DNA of 64,000 bases from Botryllus schlosseri (Eukaryota): assembly GCA_051294905.1 (NCBI GenBank), contig CM119372.1, positions 19,344,001 through 19,408,000 of the forward strand. Reading direction: 5' to 3'. The position numbers and the translations under genes are program-made. Below the pieces are notes generated by a model that saw nothing but the letters and a program-made list of their open reading frames with translations, made no database searches and was not told where the DNA came from. The number at the start of each line of letters is the position of its first letter. Position 1 is the stretch's first letter. Of the stretch, positions 25,907 to 38,600 are shown in pieces.

Positions 25907-26920
25907 TTATCAAAAGTTACATAAGTAGGTCATTGGATAATTCTAAGGAGAAAGATTGATTTAGATTGACAAAGTTGTGTGTAGTAACCGGGGTGCTTTG
26001 TGAAAATTAAAAATACTTTGACGGAAATAGAAAAGCTATCATAGGCGCCGACCCAGATAAATAAGGTGTCCTAGGTATACTGCACTCCGCGCATAGGCTA
26101 CCTTGTAATTATAGTGGGTATGCGGAATACCCACAATTTAGTGCGACGTAATATCAGCACAACCTTGCGGGCTAATTGATGAGCAAATTGATTAGCTATC
26201 AGATCAGTGGTTCTCAAAGTGTGATACTTTTTATCTAATGCAGAATAAGCAGTCTTCACATGCATTTTTGGCCGTATTAATTCAATATCTCTCATCATAT
26301 ATTTATTAGAACTAGTCTTATTCAGAAGCTACTGCCGCACTGATTTCGAAAATTTGAATTAAAATTGTGACATTGCGATGGAACCACGCTGAAATAGCCC
26401 ATCGATTTAATTGGCCATTATCAAGTTCATTTTGTTACGGCGGTCCGATTGTTCGGAACAATCGGCTTTGACGGAGTGGTTTCATTGCACTGACCAGATT
26501 TTTATCTCCATTTTCGGAATCAGTGCGACACTAGCTTTCGATTAAGACCAGTCTTATTAAATTTGAACGCTCGAGTCACTAGCACGAGCACTACCAATTA
26601 TCCTGCTTTTAGCCGGCTCAGCAGTAGACCTCTCAGCGTACCGTATTCAAATGTGATAACTTCAGACGTGTATCTATCCGTAGGTTAGTAAGCTATAGTC
26701 TCACTGGGCGTTCTAACATTTTCAACCCCTGCTGCCTCATGTTTCTCAAAATTGGGGGGAAATATCGCTCACATTGGCAACCACTGCTATAAACAAACGA
26801 TGTCAGAATTATTGCAGTACAACAATTACACGTTTGTATTTCCCAACTATTTCGACAGCATGCCATCATATTTATGCGGTGTGGCCATTGAAATCAGTGG
26901 CTTAATGCTGTACTGTACAT

Positions 26921-27538
26921 TAGGGCTGTTCAAAAATACCTTTTTTTCCTGAATCTTGCGGGTTACGTGATTAAATCGTTAGGTTGCCTTAAAAAACGAC
27001 GCACACCAAATTTGAATTCATTCCAACCAATATTCGCGGATTTCGTAGAGTTTGAAAATTTCGAATTTGCCTATGAATGCAAATAAATTTTTTTTCAAAT
27101 TTTTTTTCCAACCCCATAAAATTGTTGCGCTGTCTTCAAAAACGATGCAAACCAAATTTGACTCAATTCCAAGCCGTAGAGGCGGAGTTATTTGAGTTTT
27201 TCGATGACAATTCTGGGATTATCCCCCAATCAAGGATAATCCAAGAATTATCATCGAAAAAGTCAAATAACTCCGCTTCTACGGCTTGGAATTGAGTCAA
27301 ATTTGTTTTGCATCATCTTTGAAGACAGCGCAACAATTTTATCGGGTTGGAAGAAAAATTTGAAAAAAATTTTTTTTGCATTCATAGGCAAATTCGAAAT
27401 TTTCAAACTCTACGAAATCCGCGAATATTGGTTGGAATGAATTCAAATTTGGTGTGCGTCGTTTTTTTAAGGCAATCTAACGATTTAATCACGTAACCCG
27501 CAAGATTCAGGAAAAAAAGTTATTTTTGAACAGCCCTA
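26921..27538. mobile_element. Fold-back (whole-length palindromic) hAT MITE, 618 bp
   Basis: TIR TAGGGCTGTTCAAAAATA / TATTTTTGAACAGCCCTA. The arms are complementary up to a centre near 27228. Flanks CTGTACAT / GTGTACAT (7/8). Confidence 0.95.
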
Positions 27539-28234
27539 GTGTACATGGACCAGTGGAATTACAACTATAACATCACCGATTCGGAGAGATTTTGGCGTCA
27601 TAAAATCTATGTACCTACACAGCATGACAGCTCGGCGCCTATGGAAGTAACATATTAATATATACAGCTGTTTCGCTAACATGTACAATTGTTTTGTAAC
27701 CACCTCCCGCATCTATGAAAAGGCGTTACGGTATTATTGTTAGTTCAGACTTCAACTCGGAGTAAGGAGCAAGACCTATCTTCAGTCCAAGACATACAAT
27801 ACTGTGGCTCAATCCATAGTAGCCTACCTACAATAACAGTTTTGTATTGAACCTCAATCACAGTAAGTGTATTAGTAGGTGGACAGTGAATTCCTCTATT
27901 CCTGGCCCTACGATGAAATGAGATGGCATACAGCTCAAGATTATGACAAGGTTATGTATCCTTTAACTTAGTAGAGAGGAATATCAGACAATATTCCATA
28001 TCTAACATAAGCAGCATTCCCCAAATCACTTCAATAAATTTTGCAATTTTTTATAATGACATATTTGTGCCTACAAAAGTCACTCTAATTCAAAACTACA
28101 AAACAGATATGGTGCCGTGGCGTTTGGCACGACGTTCCAGCATACACATATAAGCAGCAATACTATATTCAGGATTTTAGAAGTACTCAGGTTCAATATC
28201 GCAACAAACAATATGTTCATATTGCCAAATTTAT

Positions 28235-28293
28235 TCCACTCGAAGCTCTTCGACCTACTGTCCTCAGGAGCACTCGTCGTCGTCAGTAAATGC
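28235..28293 (-). ncRNA. Degenerate hammerhead-like motif, probable solo Penelope pseudo-LTR relic
   Basis: The minus strand reads CUGACGA-C-GAC...GUC-GAA-GAGCUUC-GAGUGG followed by AATAAA, the same layout as the motif at 6709-6749. Stem I and stem III are imperfect. Confidence 0.4.
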
Positions 28294-29653
28294 GGTTAAC
28301 CAGATTCGAAATAATTTTTCATTTTTGATGTAATAATGGCAATTACATTAATTTTTGTCGTTTCCATTAATGTTATCCTTTCTTAAATCCAGTGTGCATG
28401 CCTCATATTTACATGCTGTAGGCCAAATTCGATGCCGGAAAAGACTATTAAGTCGTTTCGGCACCCTCCTAGTCTTTTAATTGGAATCTTCTGGGTTAGG
28501 CCTATTGATTTCATGATTTGATATATTTTTCTATGAAATGATGATATTCAGTTAAAGGGTCGAATAAATTGGGCAATATGAACTGAACATATTGCTTGAT
28601 GCAATATTATGTTTACAAAACCATCAGTCTTGCAACAATATCTTGGGTAAGAAGGCACGGTTGGCCAAAAAACACATCTAATAGTTTTTATGACGTCACA
28701 ATAAAACAAACATCGGGCATACCGCCTTGGCTACCTTGGCACTACGAACGAACCTGACCGGTTTTTGATTCACAGTCAGACAATCCACGCCACGGTACCG
28801 TAGCTTACCGTACCTTTCCGGTACCAATTTCAACTTTGGGACTTTCGTTTTATAAGGCACCTCTGCGTACATATTCTACGAAATTCCTCGACGACACATT
28901 TTATAACGGAAATACTATAAGTTCACGGTGCATCTAACCATTCGCTCGAATGAGGTCGGGCTTAGGCCGACTTGTAGCGGAAATCTTTATCAGAGGGACA
29001 ATCCACCACCAAGCCATCGAATCGAATCCCGTGCAATTTGTTCAAGAGGTTTACACTAGAGGCGCGTGTATAACTTGTCAATAACCAGAACCATTGAGGT
29101 GACGACCCAAGTGAAATTTTGCAAGAATTCGTTTCGCTTGATACGTTAATAATAGATTTAAAATTCCTGATTAGTATAATATATATCACTTTGAATCATT
29201 CATTTTTTACAGAGTGCGCCTGCAGTTGTTGGCGACGAATGACGACTGTGTTGTAACTTCCGGGTTTAGATGATTGAATAACTCCGGTTTTTATTTATTC
29301 GAGGATTCGCTCCTAACTTTAGCGTTGAAGATCATCATTTCGATCTGATGGAAATGATAAATTACAGAGAATGGCTAGCCCACTTAAGATATATTAGTTC
29401 ATAAAAACATCGACCATACCTAGAATATAAATAATAAACTGTTTGTTCTCCATATGTTTGAGACTTTATACATTATACCTTATGAATTTTGATTTATTTG
29501 TTTCAGGAATCGTATTTTGCAAGATAACATTGGAAATGTAGGCTTTTCTACTTTCGTTATATTGTAACTGCATTCAAACTTTGTTGAATGTAGCACAAAT
29601 GTGTAGAGCAGCGTGATTTCGTCAGAGCTCAAATATCTGCTGTACTGCAAAAG

Positions 29654-32600
29654 ATGTCGAAAGCGACATATATTACCATTCCCTATGGCTGGAAAAGGTA
29701 TTATTTGCATTTATTTTACATTATTTGTGCTACTATTCGGTCCGTTTCGGCTACAGAAATGTGGAACTGTCAAGTTCAAGCGTCACTTACATCAGTCCGA
29801 GTGGAGTTACTCTGTCAAGTATTGTTGAAGTTTGCCAATATTTGGAGAAAGATGATACTTGCAAGTGTGGATTGTCATGTCCTATTCATGTTCCAAAGGT
29901 AAGGTGTCTGGCTAGACTTGTACTTGATCCGGTCAGTACTAAGAAAAATGTGTCGCAGGTTTTTAGCTTCAATCCTACGGTCGAAACTAGAATCTGTACT
30001 AACCAAGAATGGAAGGATCATGAAAATGAGTTGGAATCTCAAAAGAATGGTTGTAAACATTGGTTAAAGTTGTTTAAGACACGAACAGGTATGAAGCTCT
30101 ATAAATGTAATTCTCACCAACTTTATGTACATGCGATTTAATATCATAAATGATGGGTAAACAAACTATAATGCGTAATAGTTGCGTTAAAGTAGCCTAT
30201 GTTTTCAAAACCAAGTGGTGATATAATCAACCAATTTTTTATAGCAACAAAAAAGTGCCCAGTGTCAACGCCGCCAATCATGGAACCTCCACCGAAGCTT
30301 TTGATCATAAGGAAGGATGGCAAACTTCGATCTGTCATACCAGACAATATTTCCAATTCAGGTATATTGAATTAAGTCATTGAAAGAAAATATTGCTTGA
30401 ACATTTTTTGTTTACATATATACATAGTGGCTTTGTTATAGATTTCGATGCAATCGCTAAACTGCATTATTGATACATTTCATGGATAACATTTCTGAAG
30501 TACGCAAAAGTATGGAGAATGCTTTGTCTATCCATGTCAAATTTTTAGCAATACCTGTGGTTTACTGTATTATGTATTATATTCGATCTGACGTAGCTTT
30601 TTGATGTATTGATTCTTGATTTCAGTTATAGCACAGTCTATATCTTATTTCAGAACAACGCAGACGTCACAGAAGCTATGACGGCGCAAGAAAGTCTGCT
30701 GGTGAGTGCCTCTACTGTAGTCTCGAGCAGGCGCGTATCCAGAGCGCGAAAAAAGGGGGGGTTTGCGTTACGAAATTATTGGCTATTATGACATCATTAT
30801 CACAATTACTCATCTCCACACCATGGCGAATATTTACGAATTATTATAGTTTAATAATAAATAGAGATTTGCGGTGAGTGGGAGATGTCCGAATACGATA
30901 CAGATATTACCTGAAAATCTCGTTTCTTTTAAGGTATGATTGAAAGAAACTCGTAAATGCTCACATTTAGTCATGAACCGGCAAACGCCGCACGTCTTCA
31001 AGCGCCTAGTTGCGGCCAGAGATGCGCGATTTTGTTGGGTTTTGTCGGAATTCGCTCAAATTTGTTTTGCATCGTCTTTGAAGACAGCTCAACAATTTCA
31101 TGGGGTTGACAGAAAAATTTGAGATTTTTTTTTTTTAATTTTTATTAATAAATTAAAAATTTCAATTCAAGATTGCACGGCCTTTACTGGTTGGAATTGA
31201 GTCAAATTTGGTGTGCATCGTTTCCTTGGACAACCTGACGATTTAGTCACTAGGCGAGTGAGATTTGGAGAAAAGTTTTTTTTGAACAACCCTACTGTCC
31301 ATGCATGTAGTATAATTCCTTGATTCCAGTTCCTCAGTTCATATAAAGTAGTTGGAAAACCACATGAACTGTCATCCGGGTATTTTTATGTTACAAAAAT
31401 ACGACATACCGCAGCACCATAAAACTACATCAAATACACTTCAAAATAGTTTGTAAACCGCTGCGCTAATGTATATCGTCGCTGTGGGATCAAAGTAGCT
31501 TATGTCCATTTTACACGTAGTGAGAGAATTAGGTTTCATGAAGTTCTCGTTTTTTTGGCCATATATTGGCCATGGTTAACTTTGAAACAATGTGACAAGC
31601 ATGACCATGGGCAAAATATGGCCGATAAAAGTGAAAATTTCGTCTTCTTCTTGAAATTTGAAAAATGGATCTCAAAATTTGAGAATGGGACATAAAGCTA
31701 ACTTTCATTCTACAGCGACGGTATGTGGCGTTTTTTTATTGTGCGATTTCGTTGTTCTGAAACATATTTTTGTTATTAAACCATTCGTAGGGACGTCTGT
31801 GAAAAGAAAAAGTGCAGGGAAGAATTTGAAGTTATCGCTGACAACGTCGAGTGAGTTGATTTTCAAATAATAATTATGCTCCAGCTCCAATCAGCAAGCC
31901 GTTCTCCTTTGCCTATCACAGATTCCAATTCGTCTGCAAACACATCCATCATATCGCCACTCAAGTCTCTACTTTTCGAGGTATATCTTTTTGTGATATT
32001 TTCAGAGTCGTTTAATATGATATACAAGGTGTTAGGCTATTTATAGAGCTGGACGTATTACCTAGGGATCAAATGAAGTTACATGGGGATATTTCTCAAA
32101 AGAGATCAGGATACCAATATATATTTGATTTTAGTATTCAAGTATTCACAGTTAACTAATTTCTAATAAAAGAATTCGGAAAGTTCAGAGAAAATGATAT
32201 CTATGTTTTTTACTGTATTCTGCAATGTTGAGTAGAAGCAGTGTAAAAAGAAAAAAAATGATGGAATCATGATAGTTTATTCACTTGAGTTCACTCCAAG
32301 CCAATATACTTTTTTTGGTAAACATCTTTTGCATATAGCTTTGATAAAAGTCCCATTAATTTGAAACTATATAATGTGAATGGTCTTGGGCAGAGGACGC
32401 TTAACCTCCAGCTTGTGGCCAAAATTTGTTTTCTTGACATATCGTTCACTCCGCTGAACACATCGCCTTAACGTGGTTTTATGAAAGCTCTGAAAATTAT
32501 TGAACAGATGAGTGTTTATAATTTCGAAAAATGAGTGTTTTCTTGAGGATTTTGACTTGGATATTGTGACAACACTCTGTTATCGGTCAGGCAACAGTTT

Positions 32601-35600
32601 CATGACATAGCAGCCGAAAAATAATTCCCTCGTCCCTGGAACGGCCATAAACGTGTATTGGACATAAGTTGGCTTTAAAAGATTGCTCCGTCCGGTGTTG
32701 GCTCACTGCCACCTTCACATTGTGTACCTTTTCCGCCGTTCAATAAGCCTGATATTTTTTATAATATTGTAGTAGGAAAGGTTTATCTGGGTATTTCACT
32801 CAACATTATTTGAAACATAATTTGAATTCAGACGTCTGTGACCAAGTCCACTAACGGACTCGTAAAGTCGAAACTGCAGTGGATCAAAGCCGACAACGCG
32901 TCCTCCGTGAATGATGCGGAAAGCGACAATGAGCTCTGCTTCAGTCCAGGTAATGCGGACTGAATAACGGCTTGTCGCGAAACGTTGGCGATTTACTCGT
33001 TTCCATCCCATTACAGAGTCGAAGAAATCACCCGGAACGCAGCTTCCATTTTCTCTCATATCGGGTATTGTCTCGCCTACCAAGCCCTCTAAAAAGGAAG
33101 GTGTGTGTGCTTGCAATCCTTACGTAGAAATCGCGTTTAATGGCTATGTAACTTTTATGCCACCACGGGTAATGCAATGCCAGCTCAACGCCACGTGAAG
33201 ATATTTTGGCAGTTTTTTACGATACCTATTTCATTGCATTTTGTGACGACGCTGTGGGTTGATCATGGCTTCAGAGAATTTTCATTTCCACTAACGTGTG
33301 TGGCTTTGCACTACATCATTTGGATATGGAGGCCGTGATGCAATAAATTAATGGGTTTTCCAAACAGTATCGAAAGTATAGCGGAAAGGGATGTATAATT
33401 TCAGTACTCGGAAAAATTGTCTATTGATACTCGTCGCGAATTATCACAATTGATACTAGGTCCAAATCATTGTGCCCAGCCCTATCAACTACCATCCCTC
33501 TGTTTCGAATCGGTCTTGGCTCAATCTGATGATACTGATTAATGAACATTATAATTCGTTCCCCTGTGAAGTCTGTCTGTCTGAACCCTTCACTGCAAGC
33601 GAAATTATAGGGTTCTCGTCAAGGATGTCGTCACCTAGTCATAAAAAAGAACGGTTTGTTAAACTATGACCCACCAAATATGTACATGTACATTGTACAT
33701 TGTACAAAGTTAAATGGAAAATATAATTCATCTTATGGCTTTTCACCATCGTGTTTCACACTGAAACTTGTTCCTGTCTGAAACGTTGGCCATATCGGGG
33801 CTAACAAGATCTTGTCTTTTACAGGTTTCGATCCGGGCCGAGCGAATATGCGAATGCCAAATTTTGGACACAAGGACAGTTCCAGGTAGGTTTTGGGTTT
33901 AGAGTAGGGTTACCATATTTCTGCAACCCAAATTTGGGACACTCTTTAGCGCCCACTAAGGGATTTTAAAATGAGTTATGACGTCACACTAGTAAAGCTT
34001 TGCTCATAGGCCAGAGGTGGTCACGATCCGGTTCAGGAGTATGTGTTGTGTAACCGGGACCAATGTTCCCTCTAAGCTGCGCACGTGCGCAAATGCGCAG
34101 TGCTGAAACGGTCTCTGCGCACAGAAAATCTAGGCTGCGCACAAAAAATCCGAAGTGATGACTTTTTTTTTAATCGTTGCGCACTCTTGTCCAAGGCACC
34201 GCGCAGGCGCTCTGACTCGAGAGAAATGAGAGGGAACATTGCCAGGGGTAAATAGTGCTATTGCTGAAGTCTGAAACTCAGGTAGGCCTACAAGTGCGGC
34301 CCGAAAAGGCAACTATTGCGCTCCGCGAAGCAATGAAAATTTGCAATCGTGTGCGACTCACGAAAGAGATTTTTCTTTTACTATGGTATCGTACGCGTGA
34401 GCGATACTGATACCATATCAATAACGCAATCCTTTGTGGGAATGGCGAAATAACATGGTTTAACAAAATTATAAATAACAATGGGTCAGCTAGAAGTTAA
34501 CTGCGAGAATCTAACGAATAGTCTTCTCCGCGTGTCATGAATATTGTTCAAGATTCACTGTACAATTACATGCCGCGAATTTTCGAAGTCATCACTTCCA
34601 TCAGGCGAATCTGATCACGTATGGTGATATATGCTAGGATAATATGCAGAATATGCAAGTAGAAGCACCAATATTGTTGAAAAAATCCATCCCTTTGCAA
34701 ACGTTGATCGGGAAGTGCAGCAACTATATCCACTGTAGGGCGTTGCATTAGATCAGCTTTTCAGCAGCACAAATTTGTGATTTTATTCGATTCGTTTGAA
34801 CGCGTATCTTCTGTCGATAAGGTCATACGCTGATCTTGTTCTTGCTTTAATCAGACTTGAATATTCGTATCATTGTATCTGACTTTATGTCCTAATAGTA
34901 ATGAGTGCATTGCCGGTATTATGACGTCACATCAGTGTTTTAACACGATAGGCGTACATCGATCGCATGTATTGATTTCAAGTTCGTTGTCGTGCGTGTA
35001 TGTCTGTCTTCTAGTAATCCATAGTATGTGACCATATCGTCGCAGTGGAATCAAAGTGACTTATGTCCAGATTTCAATATCTTTTGGCATAGCAGATAGG
35101 AGGTCACGAAATAGCATGATGCAAGGAAGTCATTATACCAACGGGTACGCCCGAAGATGTTTAATTATATTTAGGGGTCCTACCTTTTCCAACACATCTC
35201 ACTCGATCAGCTTTACCTGTAACTGTGATTACGTGAGCAGAGACAGGATTAAAATTGATAGCAATATATGCAATTCCCGATGAAATTGACCGATTTGATC
35301 ATGAATTATAGAAAATCTTCGCGCGTTAAGGCGAAACTGCTACTAAACGAATACCAGATATAGATGATTAGTAGCGGTGAAAAGCGTGCAGCCTGAGGGG
35401 GGTCTGGGGGGCGAAGCCCCCCAGAAGTTGGGTTTATCACCCTATGGGGGGGGCTGGTTGCGCACCGTTGTCCAAGGGCCTGCGCAGTGAGTTGGCGTAT
35501 TTGCGCAGACTCGTGAAGAATTAGAGGGAACATTGACCGGGACCGAAAGCACATGTTTCAGCCCCTTCCCACCCGAATAAACAAAGATTTTGAGCCCACA

Positions 35601-38600
35601 CTATAGGGTAATCGGCGCAACTTCTGGGGAGGGGGGGTGCTTGCTATACGCATCTAGTCGTTAAATTATCTGAATGAATTCTGTCAATAATATTGGTTGT
35701 TCTATATATTACTATAGAGATACTACTCTCTGCCCACGTGATCAGAGTTAGCGGTAGAGCTGGTGGAGCATAATGAGTTCGAAAATACATGGAGCGTAAT
35801 TGAACATCGTTATGTCATGTTCATGTCCTACCGATAGGATTTTTTATCAGCCTTATGCCAGTGCGCACCACGGAGCTTTATAAACACCCCACATTCAGTG
35901 GTTTCTAACCTTTTATGGTCGCGACTCCATCTCCAATTCGAAAATGTTCCGTGGCCCAGATCAAAATTTGACGACGTGATTACTAAAAGAAGTCAGCACT
36001 TTTGCCCAGACTTACTCACGGAAGCTTATTACGTTCAACATATTACGTTCGCAAACCCCAGAATAAAAGCAAACAACCCCCGTTTGGAACCACTATCTTT
36101 GAATAAAGCATTTAAACGGCCTCAACGATCTCAAGGAATGTACCGTTCTCCTATAATTGCGATTACAATTAGGCTTATTCCAGTAAATGAAGGTTGTTTT
36201 TATTTATATTTTATTGCGGTTTTGCGAGGGTGGAAGTCTCAATATTAAAAGCAATAAATGAGACAGTAAATCGTGGGCAGCGCGAAGAAAAATATCATGC
36301 ATCAGCATAAATATACCCAAACAATATTGTTTTTATGCTGATTTACGAAAAAATTATGAGCCCAAGTCAACTCTTCAAAATTCCAGACATTTGGCATATT
36401 TTTGAAATTCCTCCGGGACGCTAGTTCGAACAGTGAAATTCCGGACATGTGCGGGAACTTCCGGACGTATGGCAACCCTAGTCTAGAAACAAACGGAACA
36501 TGACCAGAGGTGGTCTAATGAAGTGGAATTAGAATCACTTCATCATTGACCGCTCCTGAATATGATCAAGTTTTTGTATTCCAGATTTGGCATGCATATG
36601 CAGCGAACGGAGAATTTCGCTAGGCCCGGCCAAACCAATCATCCTTATCAGGGTGTACCGTCGTATACACCGCACACGAATATGCAATCGCAAATGAAAT
36701 CTCAGCCATACTCTCAGGTAAAGGCTTCGTATTCTTGTTATAGGATTGGCCAATCACTCGCATTTCTCCTGGTGCCATGTTTTCTTTTTCATAACATCTT
36801 CAATTGGAATGGTCAGATCTGACTTCCTTGGTGTTACTCGATCAGTTTACTTAGTAATTCTTATTATAATAGAGTTGACATTACTTCTTGACTTTTTGTT
36901 AGTTAGACTCATTCCTGGTATTGATAAAAACCTAGCCTTGATGTTGACCTGTTGTTAGACTTGAACATATGTGAGAAAGTTTGCGCAGCGTTTTATGTGT
37001 TGACATCTAATTCAACTCCTATTTAAAACTCTGTATATGTATGTGGTCTGTACCGGTAAGTGTTTTTACTTCCACTCACTTATACATCTTACTTTGCGTT
37101 AAAAATCTTGCAAATGTCTTGCAAATCAAAAGTATTTGACGTTCATTTTGATTTCAATCCAGAGATCGGGGAGCAGCAGAAGTATTCATATGATTTCACC
37201 GTCGATTCTTCTACGACTCAAAATTGTAACTATGCGTCACTGTTGTCGCTCCATCTAAGTTTAAATTTTGTGAGTTTTGGCTGCAACTGTGACTCCCAAC
37301 AGTATGCGAATTAAGTCCTTCCTTCAACTAGGAAGTCGATGCAGTTTGCAACTCGAGTTGAGTCGGGTCATTTTAACATCTTTCAAGTCCAGCCACGAGT
37401 CAAGTCGCGCAAATTTTTTAAATGCCTACTCATAAATTTGCTTATTTTGAGTCGATTTCCAGTCACCAAATAGGAGTCGTTTGAATTGATGCACAGATTT
37501 ATATACATATGCACATGTGAATATCGGTCAAGTCATGACTCGAGTCACATAACACTGCTCTCTATAGGAGCTATAGTGATATCTATCTGTCCAATGGGGA
37601 GCCGAGATAAAATTAGTTGTGAACTCCGACTTCTTCAAACCTAAAACATTTGTGGAATGACGACTACATTTTGTAGCTACAATTCCGTTCATTTTCTTTA
37701 CATACAGACCTTGTTACTGAAACTTGATTTTCCCTGTAGTTGTAGTTGATTGTTTATAAAGGTGTTTTGTCACAACCGGCATTTTGTATATCGTCATTGC
37801 GACCATGTATTTTCAGAGCCCTCTTCCACACTATAGCGGGATGGTTTCAAACAACCAAAAGTTTGACAGGCCTGCTAGTTTCTCAGAGCAAAATTGGCCA
37901 CGGAGTTCGGGGCATACGGGCGGAGCAGGTAATTGAAAACTGTCGATATGTGGTCTGTGTAAATCAGTGGTTCCCAACCTATTTCGACTCATCGCCCCCC
38001 CCCCCCCCTATCAATCTTGAAACAAATTTTCGCCCCCGCTATTTACGGATCCGAAAAAGAGAGCAGATAAACGGGAAATTCACTCACTTAACTCTGATCG
38101 CTGGTGAATTTACTAAAAAAGGCCATTCTTCCGAGGTGGTAGGTGCTTGGAAAAATGGTTTCCGCGTCTACTTCCGTTGAGCTGAAATTTTTTTCCCATC
38201 ATAATCAGAATAAGCCGCCTTCACGTGCATTTTTTGGCCATGTTAATTAAATATATCTCAGTAGACGTCGCAACATTTCCGCCCCCTTATTTCTCCAAAT
38301 CGCCCACAAGGGAGCAATATCGCCCACGTTGGGAACCACTGGTGTAAATCATTAGTACTTGACGCAGGTTTCTTAGTAGGACATCAAAAGTATGGCTAGA
38401 AATAATTATAAATATACTGGAGGACCCGACTGTGAATCTTATGGCTGCCTGAAGGTACTGAATAAATTTGGTCTCATTACCCCCAAGAAATGCGAAAATA
38501 CGTTGAATCTGTTATCACCACCTCTACATAAATCTTAACCGTGTCTATGAATTTTCAGTGCCACAAAGACAAGTGTTTCCTGACGAAAGCACCGCCATTC

